The notes beneath the pieces were generated by a model. The model was not told where the DNA came from and did no database searches. It saw only the letters and a program-made list of their open reading frames with translations. A stretch of 64,000 bases of DNA from Azolla caroliniana (taxonomy: Eukaryota > Plantae > Polypodiophyta), in contig JBHGNT010000002.1 of the NCBI GenBank assembly GCA_043228905.1, positions 12,958,001 to 13,022,000 of the forward strand. Direction: 5' to 3'. The stretch's first letter is position 1, and each line of letters starts with the position of its first letter. The translations under genes and the position numbers were made by a program. Positions 34,601 through 44,172 of the stretch are shown piece by piece.

Positions 34601-36725
34601 AGCGGAAGGAGGTCCGGTTTTGCTTTCCGGCCAGACAGTCGGTACACTTCCCCAAGTGTACGAGCTTTACCGGTATCAGGTTGTCTTCGGCAAGCCTCTT
34701 CATCCCCTTCTCACTCATGTGGCACAGTCTCTTGTGCCACAGCTCACCGGCAGTGTCAGCTGCCACGTTCAGCTCCTCCGGACATAGCCGGGAATTCATC
34801 AGGTACAGCGTGTTGATCTTCCGGGCCCGAGCCACTATCAGGCTTCCTTTGCTGAACTTCATGACACTGTTCCGGATGCTACCTGTGTAGCCTTCATCAT
34901 CTAGCCTCCCGGCCGAAATCAGGTTCAATCGAACCTCCGGAACGTGTCGGACATCCTTCAGCAGCATTTTGCATCCGGTCGAGGTTGTTAACCACACGTC
35001 TCCTATGCCGGCAATCCGGCATGTACCTTCATTTCCCATCCGGACACAACCATGCTCACCGGCTGTGTAGGATGAGAAGTATTTCTTCTCCGGGGTCAGG
35101 TGGAACGACGCTCCGGAATCGACCACCCAGGTCATCTCTTCTCCGGCAAGGTTCAGCTCCCACTCTTCGGTAATGAGCATGATCTCCTCTTCACTTGCCG
35201 CGAGTGCCGTCGTTCCTTTCCGGTCCTGCCCTCGCCGATCCGAACCTCTCCGGTCCGTGGCTCCCCGGTATGCACCGTTTCGCTCCGGTGACTTCTTCGA
35301 ATCGGTGTCGTCGGCTCCGTTGTCTTTTCGGTAATGCCGACAATTCTTCCGGAAGTGCCCCGGCTTCCCACAGTGGAAGCATGTGGGTCTTCCTCTTGAC
35401 TGTGACCGGGTCCCCGACTTCTCCCGTCTTTGCGGACTCCGGTTCCATTGTCTTCCCCGATCCGATTCGATAAGCAGCGCCTTCGGGTCGGAGGCCGGTT
35501 CTTTATCTCTCCGACGCGCTTCTTCGTTCAAAATACTTGTCTTTACCGTTTGTAAAGACAAGTTATCTTCGGTGCAGGAGGTGCTGAGAGTCACCACCAA
35601 GTTCTCCCAACTTTCCGGCAATGTACACATCAGAATGATGGCTTGCATTGCATCCTCCAGCGGGAACTTGATCGCCGCAAGCTGGTTCACGAATCCCATG
35701 AACGTGCTTACGTGTTCCACCATACTCTCGCCGTCCCGGTACTTGAGGTTCACTATCTTCCTCATCAGGGAGGTCCGGTTCAACGCATTCTTCCTCTCGT
35801 AGAGGCCCGACAGCTTCCGCCACATCTCGTATGCGTTGGTGTCATTCGCCACATGTTGCAGAACACTTACATCGACGTATTGCCGAATGGTTGCAACGGC
35901 TTTCCGGTTCAGAAGCCTCCATTCCGACTCAAGTACCCCCTTCGGTATTTCCGACCTGTCAATCGGTTCGTACAGGTCCCGAACAATAAGAAGATCCTCC
36001 ATCTTGATCTTCCAGTCGGCGTAATTCTGCGCATTCAGCACCATCATCCCCGGCTGCCCGCTGCCGCCGCCTTCCATTTTCTGTGTTACCGTCGCTCTGA
36101 TACCACTTTGTTGCACACAGTGCTCGGCCACAACCGACAAATAGGATTAACTCACAGAAAATAGGAAATACAAAGTACACTAAGACAGTAGAGAGAAGAG
36201 TACACAGGATATTTTACGTGGAAAACCCTAAATGGGAAAAACCACGGGAGTCCTCAAACTCCAACTATCACTATGAACAGAGATGTACAATGGTGAAGCT
36301 TCAAGGCAACAACCTTAAGCTCACTATCTTCGCCACAGGCGGCGGTAATACACAGAGGCAACGACCTCCTCGTCTCTCTCTCTCTCTCTCTCTCTCTCGG
36401 CTGCTCTCTTCACTCTCTCTAAGTGAAAACAGAAAAATAAGCAGCAACATAAACTGTTTGCCCTAAGTCATATTTATACACATGTGACTTTCGGACTATT
36501 TACACATATAGCCTCAAGGGCCCTTGGCAAACATATTTATAAATATGTCCCCGCATCCGGATCTCTCTCCGGGTACATTCATCATCCGGCTCCGTAGCCG
36601 GGTACTCTTCATATCCGGAGAGTGCGCTCACCGGGCCTGTATCTTCATCCGGTTCTGTAACCGTAACCGGGCTTGCCGTCATTCATCTCCGGACATCCCA
36701 TCCGGAGGGACCGAAAATCCCAACA
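31348..36725 (-). mobile_element. Full-length, very young Tork/Tnt1-like Copia C2
   Basis: LTRs 36109-36725 and 31348-31993; PBS-Met 36094-36105; PPT 31994-32006; perfect TSD ACTTC. Confidence 0.97.
32004..36077 (-). CDS. gag-pol: Intact Copia Gag-Pol polyprotein, 1357 aa
   Basis: ATG after the PBS (MEGGGSGQPG); all Gag, protease, integrase, RT and RNase H motifs; no stops. Confidence 0.95.
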   Translation of the reverse strand: MEGGGSGQPGMMVLNAQNYADWKIKMEDLLIVRDLYEPIDRSEIPKGVLESEWRLLNRKAVATIRQYVDVSVLQHVANDTNAYEMWRKLSGLYERKNALNRTSLMRKIVNLKYRDGESMVEHVSTFMGFVNQLAAIKFPLEDAMQAIILMCTLPESWENLVVTLSTSCTEDNLSLQTVKTSILNEEARRRDKEPASDPKALLIESDRGRQWNRSPQRREKSGTRSQSRGRPTCFHCGKPGHFRKNCRHYRKDNGADDTDSKKSPERNGAYRGATDRRGSDRRGQDRKGTTALAASEEEIMLITEEWELNLAGEEMTWVVDSGASFHLTPEKKYFSSYTAGEHGCVRMGNEGTCRIAGIGDVWLTTSTGCKMLLKDVRHVPEVRLNLISAGRLDDEGYTGSIRNSVMKFSKGSLIVARARKINTLYLMNSRLCPEELNVAADTAGELWHKRLCHMSEKGMKRLAEDNLIPVKLVHLGKCTDCLAGKQNRTSFRSRPPMRRGVPLELVHTDVCQVETKSHGGAQYFVTFIDDHSRKLWTAPLKTKDQVLSVFKELHARVERESGKKLKAIRADNGGEYRGQFQEYCRSKGIRLEFTVPKTPELNRLAERMNRTIMERVRSMLAHAKLPKGFWAEAMSTATYVINRSPSVPLDGDTPQKVWTGKEVSYRHLKVFGCLAYVHVAKDRRGKLDPKTRPCIFLGYGNDEFGYRVWDPVDKKIFRSRDIIFMEDKTLADWESEKKMKSSKSTGEDQLYEEQSRPARDRLALEDPAEDGEEIEPAEEDENDTGTGPDPEMDLDEEESEEPVTEAPERRYPLRERRAPRRFPEPEHVLLTDEGEPESFEEAKHDTHSRRWLSAMQEEMDSLHENHTYELVELPKGKRALRNKWVFKLKPGDAGNPPRYKARIVVKGFQQKKGVDFDEIFAPVVKMTSIRTVLSIAASMDLEVEQMDVKTAFLHGDLEEEIYMQQPEGFEKKGKEHLVCRLKKSLYGLKQAPRQWYRKFDSFMTDEGYHKTQSDHCVFVKKFDGGDSLILLLYVDDMLIVGRDQVKIRMLKKALHRTFSMKDLGPARQILGMHIIRDRKKKQLWLSQEKYVTKVLQRFNMSEARPVGSTLPANCKLSSKQSPKTKAEKEDMMKVPYASAVGSLMYAMVCTRPDIGYAVGVVSRYMSNPGKEHWNAVKWILRYLKGTANVCLRFGSGKPELDGFTDSDMSADADTSRSTSGYVMTYAGGAVSWQSRLQKTVALSTTEAEYMAAVEAGKEIIWMKDFIRELGIRQEEYRLYCDSQSAIHLAKNAAYHSRTKHIQRRYHWIRERIEDQEFVLTKIHTDENGSDMLTKVLTPDKLEACRKRIGLERHPMPK

Positions 36726-37411
36726 ACTTCGGCAAACCGAAAACAACATGTTACGTTTGCAAGTCTTAAAGCCTCTGGTAATTAACGTGGCCAATCCGCT
36801 TGTGCCAGAGATCGATATCTGATTCAATCTTTTGTCCTTTGGCAAACAAAGCGGTGCCAACGTCATTGGTGTCGAGGATAAACATCCACCCGTACCTGTG
36901 CCCTTGCGCAATGATTTGGCCCTCTTCCTGGATGAAGCACCTGAGGTGCGTAAACCGCACCTGCATCCCCTGGTCGACAATCTATCCACCGACACCAGGT
37001 TCTTCGTGATGGTCGGAACGTGTAATACGTTCATCAGCTTCCCCCTCTGTCCGACGTGGCTCAAAGGGACTTCTCCGACATGCACGATTGGGTGTGGAGT
37101 GTCGTCTCCGGTTTCGACAACTCCTGGTTGTTCCAGTTTCTCCAAGAAAGAGAACCACTCTTTGTGGCTCCTCATGTGATTCGACGCACCGGAATCAATG
37201 TACCACACTTCCTTCGATTCGGAAGTGGTCTTCTTCATCGAGTTAGCCTCGTGTTTCATCACCAAGGCTAGCCCTTTAGCGGCTTTTCCAGTTGTGGATC
37301 CTCCCAATCCTTCTACCTAGTGCGAGTATTGTCGGTTCTCTCTACCGGCCTTGCCGGATCCGGATCTGTCCGGATCGGCGTGCTTCTTCCAGCACTCGCT
37401 TTCTCTGTGGC

Positions 37412-37697
37412 CCGATTTACCACAGTACCAACATTCCGTGTTGGCCTTTGCTTGTCGACCTCTGGCGCCGCCTTTACTCCCCCTGCTTGTGGAGGGTCCG
37501 GAACTGTTGTCAGCACGTTCTTTGTGCCTTCGGTCCTGCTCTTGCCGGCTACTACCGATTTACCACAGTACCAACATTCCGTGTTGGCCTTTGCTTGTTG
37601 ACCTTTGGCGCCGCCTTTACTCCCCCTGCTTGTGGAGGGTCCGGAACTGTTGTCGGCACGTTCTTTGTGCCTTCGGTCCTGCTCTTGCCGGCTGCTA
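37412..37697. repeat. 143-bp tandem duplication in the B3 gag zinc-knuckle region
   Basis: CCGATTTACCACAGTACC... starts at both 37412 and 37555. Confidence 0.9.
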
Positions 37698-38789
37698 CCA
37701 TTGCGAGCCGACCCGCCTCGTCCACCATGCCCATGGGGCCAATCCGCCTCCGTGTATAGCATCCGGCTATCGGTGGGTGCACTTGTTGACACACCGGCAT
37801 AGTTCTCCTCCACAAGGAGCATCAACTGTAAGTCGAAAAATGACGTATTCTCCCTTGTACACACAACAGTTTGGAACACTCCGAACTTTGACGCCAAACC
37901 TCCGAGACAGATGTGCACCATATCGGATTCTTCGATATTCACATCGATGGAGGCCAGAGAGTCGCAAATGTCCTTGATTTTGGAGGTGTAGTCTGCCATC
38001 GACAAGTCGCGTTGTCGTAGGTTGCTCAACTCATGTCGGAGTTGAAGCTTCCTGGCTGTAGTGCTTGCGGCGAAAATCTTCTTCAGATTTCCCCAAGCAT
38101 CTTTCGGCGTTTTTGCATCCTGAATGTAGCTTAGGAGCTGTTCGCCCACACAAGACGCGAACCAGTACTGTACTCTGCTCGCCGATTGTTCCCACACCGG
38201 GAAATCTCTGTGTGTCGATTCGGGTGCTGTGTCATTTGCTCCGTCGACATAGCTCTAGTAATCGTGCTCAAGCAGGTACTGGTGCATCTTGTAGGACCAA
38301 GACGCGTAGAGGTTTCTGTCGAGCTTCTCGGTAGGAAGCGAGCTAGCCATGCCTCTATCCATTTGTTTTTCCTGTTCTTCTTGGTTAGTTTTCTTTTCAA
38401 GCTATGTCGGCTACAGAGGTTCTCAACCATCGCGCCCTAATACCATGTAAAAGAATAGCGTGCGGAAGCAAATAGAAAACCGAACACAGAAACACAAGTT
38501 TAATGGAGAGCTTAGGATATACACAATACGCGGGACTGAGAGAGAATGCACACAAACTCAATTCAAAAATAATACTCAACCTATACATCGTATGTGTTCA
38601 GTGAACACTTTTATACAAGTCTATACGAACTGACAGAAGTATGGTGTACTTCAATGCTCTCACAAGTGTCAGACACTAACTATGAGACATTAACTTCCAA
38701 GTAGCATAGGCTGCTACTAGGCTTCCGGTTATTGATGGATCCGGCTAACCGGCTCCCCAGCTCACCGGCTCACCGATCCGGCTCATCCT

Positions 38790-41700
38790 TGTTACCCGGA
38801 CCCGGACAGTCAGTTTTACCGAACAAGTGGGAAAGCATCGAAAACGGAGTCGGTTCGGATCGACTGTTCGGATCGATGACTCAGCAGTGAACGAAGAGAA
38901 CTAAGTTAGTTAGATAATTTTGTAATTCTTGATAGTAAGTAGGAATAGTTCTTGATGAGAAAAGACCTTCGGTATACCTATAAAAGGGAACCGAAGGCAT
39001 TGTAAGAAAGGTCGTTTATTTAGTAATATAAGTTTAAGTTAGGAATATCATGTACGGATTCTGTGTTCTTCCTATTGTCTATTTTGTTAAGTGCAATCTT
39101 CCTAATTTATAACTAAGTAACGATCACGGTAATTACCGATTAATATAGTATATTTCTGTTCGTAAAACACAATTCCTTGTTAGAACGTTGAGTAGCGACG
39201 TTCACTCTTCTGTATCGGTAGTAGTTAATAATTAGCCGATTAACACAGAAGAAATTTGGCACGCCCGGTTACATCTGCAATTAAGCAGAGAACAAATCGA
39301 ATGGATGTCGTCTGAAGAGGAGACACTGGTCGGTTGTAAGCGCCCTCGTACAAGGTCAGTTACGAAGGCAGTGCAGGAAGCGTTCATTGCGCAAGAACAG
39401 CCGGAATCAAGCACAAAGTGGTCGAAACTTCCTGACTTATCCGATCAATTACCTTCAGACGAAAAACAGACGGAAGAGGTATCGTTTTACGACATTTGGG
39501 ACGATATGCCTTATACTTATTCTAAGTTCCGGGAAGGAACAGATGCGGAAGCACATGTTAGGGATTTCTTAACGACATGGGAGATTAACCATGGAGCTCA
39601 GCGATTGTCGGCAGATGCCGAAGATAAGTCAAAAATCGCTGAGTTCGTCTTATCATTAGACGGATATTCCGCCAATTGGTTTGCGCAGAACGGTCTTCAA
39701 GGATTTCCATCCTTTGAAGTGTTAACTAGTAAATTTTTACAATTATTTCATCGACAAATTCCGCAGAAGGATTTGATTGCGCAATTTTATGCGTTATATC
39801 AAGAAAAAAATGAAACAGTCTCTCAGTTTGTGATACGATTTCAAAACTTACAGCTTCAGATTTCAAGGCCGATTCCGGATAATGAATTAAAAGAAGTCTT
39901 TCTAGAAGCTGTAAAAGAACCATTAAGGACGACATTGAAAGTGTTCGATTTTTGAAATCAGACTAGCGAACAAGTAATTGATAAAGCAATAGAAATGGGT
40001 CGACCGCCGGTCAATGTTCAGAGTATGGACATGTCGGCATTTCAACGTACATTACCAACAATGGAGGAGTTACAATTTCGTCAAGCAGTTCAATGCACCA
40101 CTTGTTTAAATACGGGGCATTCAGCAATTGAATGTACGTTAAGAACACATTGTACAATATGTCATTCAAAATTACACTCAGTAGAACAATGTGAATATAA
40201 TCTGCTTAATAAAACTACAGCGTCAGTACGACAAATTTTTACTGACAATGGTTACCAAAATAACACTAATCTGTTCAATGGTTATCAAAATAATAATTTT
40301 TCACAAAATCAGCAAAATGTACAACAAAATCCAATTTTTCAACAAAATCCGGTTCTACAGCCAAATCAGATCTTTTCAGAACAAAATATGCAACCCACTC
40401 AAGTGACTCAAGCATTTCATCCAGGTTTTGCTCAATCCAACCCACCATTCGTACAGAATCCGAATCAATATTTTCAACAAAATAATCAAAGTTTCCAACA
40501 AGATAACCCACCATTTCAAGGGTTTCAACAGAACTGTCCGAATGTGCAACCGAATTCTGCATTTCAACCGAATCCGGCATTTCAACCGGGTAATATGACC
40601 TTTCAACATAATACTCAAACCTTTCCACAAAATAATCAAATGTTTCAACAGAATAATTTTCCGCCAAATCAGGAGTTCGGGATAACACAAAATTTAGCAC
40701 AACCAAATGATAATACCGAACAATTTAGGCAGAATCGGTATAAAAATAAGAAATTTTACAAACCAAAAGCTACACGTCAATTCCAACAAAACCCGAGTGG
40801 TAATGAAGAGCAACAATTTAATAACGGCCAATTTGCACATGGAGAGACCGGTGGAACATTTGTACCCACTTGTTATATTTGTCGACAACTGGGCCATTAT
40901 GCTAATCAATGTCCGGCTAAAGGAAAGGGTCCAGCAATTAATATGGTAATACCGGAAGTTCAGCAAGTAACGACACGCAGCAAAAGCAAACAATCAGAAT
41001 GGGAAATTCAGGAAGCAGTTCGGAAGGCGGCAAAAGAATGGGTTGACGAAGCAAATCAAAGTAATGTGAATCGAATGTTACAAGACAATAACATTGACCA
41101 GAACATCATTGTACAACAGTCATTGGGGAATAAGGAACAGGAAGAAACTTGGAAACTGTTCGCTGATTGCCAAGTGTCATTGCCACTTACGGGCTTACTT
41201 AAGTTAGTACCAAGGTTTACAGAAAAAGTGGCAGCATTAATTGCATATAAACGTTCCGAACAAATAGCAGTACAATACAATCACCCAAGTAATAACCCTT
41301 CGATCATGGATGAACAGAATCCGTCGATTAAGGTAATACTTTACGGGCAAGAAATCGGAAATGTGATTATAGATGGAGGCTCGGGAGTTAATGTGATTAA
41401 CAAAGCTACATGTGAAAAACTAGGAATCACGGAATGGGAAGCATGTCCGTTTTGGTTACGAATGGCAGATACAAGTACGGTACGACCGATTGGTTTGCTT
41501 CGACAACTGGATGTAATAATCGGGGGACACAATTTTCAGATTTCGGCAGTAATTTTGCAGTTAGAAGCACAGGGAGCATACCCCTTGTTATTGGGGAGAC
41601 CATGGTTAAAGACAGCTAATATCAAACAAAATTGGAAACAAAATGTGCTAACATTTAGGAAAGGAAAAACTAAGGTCAGGATTCCGACGCACAACAAAGT

Positions 41701-42153
41701 GACAACAAGCAAACAGAGTTTACCTGTACATGCAGAAACAGTTAATATGATGGAAGGATTGGACGAGGAAGAAGAAAGTCAGTATTTTAATGATAATCAG
41801 AAAATCATCCCTCTATTTGAGGTAGATATTTTGCTAGCATTAACACCATATGTAGACTCACACGAAGAAGTGCCAATAGATGAGCAAACAATGAAAGAAA
41901 TACGAATGCAACAAGAAGCTACAGATAAGGAAATAAAGGTATCTCAGAGAGTGCAAGCCTCAGCATTAGAGGAGATCGATTTGGCAGGAGTAGAGGATGG
42001 TGAAAGAAAAACAGTCTTGATTGCTAGAGATTTGGCGGAAAATGACAAACGGACATTAACAACATTACTATTACAATATAAAGACGTTTTTGCATGGTCG
42101 TTTGACGATATGAAAGGTCTGGATCCCGCTTTTTGTCAACATCAAATCAATTT
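38790..42153 (+). mobile_element. Non-chromovirus Gypsy G3, 5' half, inserted in the B3 5' LTR
   Basis: LTR 38790 to about 39247, PBS TGGCACGCCCGGT 39257-39269, gag-protease-RT start; truncated by a deletion that also removes about 30 bp of the host LTR. Confidence 0.9.
39305..42153 (+). pseudogene. gag-pol: G3 Gag-protease-RT N-terminus, one in-frame stop (39953-39955), Q/N-rich insert
   Basis: ORFs 39305-39955 and 39995-42319 are in the same frame; CTTCLNTGH, CTICHSKLH, CYICRQLGHYANQC, IIDGGSGVN, YPLLLGRPWL, YKDVFAWS. Confidence 0.9.
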
Positions 42154-42340
42154 GCTGATCCGGATCCGGTTGAGCTTGCCGCTCAACAATTATGTATTAT
42201 ATAAATCCCTTATGGGGCATCTAATGGATATACATTTTTTCCCTCTCATTTTGTGTCATTTTGTATTTGTCTTTCTCTCTTGCTCTCTCACTATCATAAC
42301 CCCCTTGGGAGGGGGGTGAAGCCCACCCCAACAACACTTT

Positions 42341-42358
42341 TGGCACACCTGAACGGAC
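42341..42358 (+). promoter_or_regulatory. PBS-like site of element X, left (TGGCACACCTGAACGGAC)
   Basis: Starts with TGG 4 nt inside the left LTR end; resembles the recalled complement of the tRNA-Arg(UCU) 3' end, TGGCACRCCCGGTGGGAC. Confidence 0.65.
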
Positions 42359-44155
42359 GACCTCCCTTGAGAAGAGGTCACTCTCCCTCTCTATCACTAA
42401 TCTCTTTGTCTGTCCCTCTCTATTTCTCTACTAGTCTTTGTGTAGAGCGTTTGTTTTTGTGCAGACACTCTTTGTATGGAGAGCCATTTGGATTAGAGGT
42501 TTTTGATGAAAGACTCTCTACATCTATGATGAGAGGTTTTTCATGAGATCAGAGATTTGAAGAAGACATGTAGAACATCCGATCACAGAAGAGTGAGAAG
42601 ATCGAAGCTCAAAGGAAATCTATAACCATGGAGGAAGTTCATCTTCAATCCTTTAGCTCTATGGTGGTGAAGTTGCACAATACTAACGGTCTTATTGCAA
42701 CTAAAGCAACTAAACTAAGAGAAGAAGCAGATGTTTCTACGGCTGAGAAGAAAAATTGATGCATAAGATTATGGGAGAAAAGCATTCTACAAGATTTGTT
42801 CTAGAGTTGCACCTTGATGGCAGGCCATCAATCGAGCACTTGCAGAAACACTTACAAAGAAAACTAATCTTCTCCCTCTCTCTCTCTCCTGCCTTCCTCG
42901 TTCCCTTTTCCCTTGGTGGTGGTAGTGACTCGAGGGTAACTTTACAGATATGTATGTACACAGACACACCCACATGATGATAGAGAATCAACAAGAGGAG
43001 GAGGAGGATCATGATGTTGACCTTGCATATGCTTGTGATGCCTTAACCAGCACCATCTCCAACAATCATCAGCCCCTTTCTACATTAATCATCTCATATT
43101 TCCTCTCTGCGTGTCTGTTTGTCTACCCCAAAGACTCTTCACAGCTATGACAACTATCATTACTCCCACTCCATCGCTTCCATCCAAGCTCTTTCCCCCT
43201 CCTATGGCAACTTTGAGCCTGAGTCTGAATCTAAATTAGAGTTATGGTGGAATGTGTAGCAATGCAAACTACAGATTACATGCCTCCAGACTTAATGTTC
43301 CTCTGCCATAGTTCAAGCTCATTGATACCCCAGTCATTCAAAATGTTTCTCTAGAAAATACAGAGTTATGGCTAGTTCCCATTTAAGATGGTTGGTTGGG
43401 ACCTAATGCGTTGAAGGAAAAACACGTAAGGCTCACTCTCACAACTATTGATGAACAGAAGATCTCTACATAACATATTGTGGAATCTTTGCACATTGGT
43501 CATTTTGACAATGAGATTGATATGTGCGGCTTGGAGAATTACCCTAGAATGATATGTACATGGCCTGATCTCCATCGAATGTTCTAAACAACTGCCATCG
43601 CCACCGCCATCGTAGTCGTCGTCGCCGCCACGCCATCATCGCCGTCGCGCCGCCGCCGCAATTAGCTAGAAGTGAAAGGTGAGAATATGAATGGAAGCAA
43701 GAAGAGAGGGGCATTCAAAAAAAAAAACTTAAGGGCAGAGAAGATGAAATTTCAAAAGCTCAAGGGCATGACATGAGATTTCAAAATTTGGAGGGCAGAA
43801 TGCAGAATTTCGAAAACACAAGGGCTCAAAATAAAATTTCAAAAAATTTGAGTGTAAAAATTTTAAAGACCAAAGGGTAAAAAATATAAAACTCACTTCA
43901 CATGATGAAAGAAAGGATACACAAATGCACAACACGATTTCATGACCCATGCTACATTGAACTAGCCGATTGGTGTGTGATCCAATCGCGACTTGTGCTG
44001 ACCAAATGAGAAGGTTCAAGTCAAGCAAAGGTCCGATCGAAGTTATTGATCATAGAGCAGTGATCCGGTCGAGGGATTTCCGACCGTTGAGACGACCAAT
44101 GGAGTTCCGGTCGAGAAGAGTTGCCATGGCGAGTGGGTTCACCATGCAATGCACT

Positions 44156-44172
44156 GTCCCACAAGCGTGCCA
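44156..44172 (-). promoter_or_regulatory. PBS-like site of element X, right (TGGCACGCTTGTGGGAC on the minus strand)
   Basis: Starts with TGG 2 nt inside the right LTR, at the position where a PPT is expected. Confidence 0.65.

Larger units (their letters stand above)
19670..42188 (-). mobile_element. Copia family B element B3, degenerate, with three nested insertions
   Basis: 3' LTR 19670-20082, PPT 20083-20100, 5' LTR 38446-38789 + 42154-42188, PBS 38433-38445, TSD ATTAT (19665-19669 / 42189-42193); coding pieces 20398-22147, 29988-31347, 36731-38362. Confidence 0.9.

Noticed and set aside
26364-36164. Many antisense and alternate-frame ORFs over the Copia polyproteins
   Set aside because: Shadow ORFs of GC-rich coding sequence with no recognisable motifs
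42154-42319. Hydrophobic, env-like C-terminus of ORF 39995-42319
   Set aside because: Read-through across a deletion junction into the B3 and X LTRs
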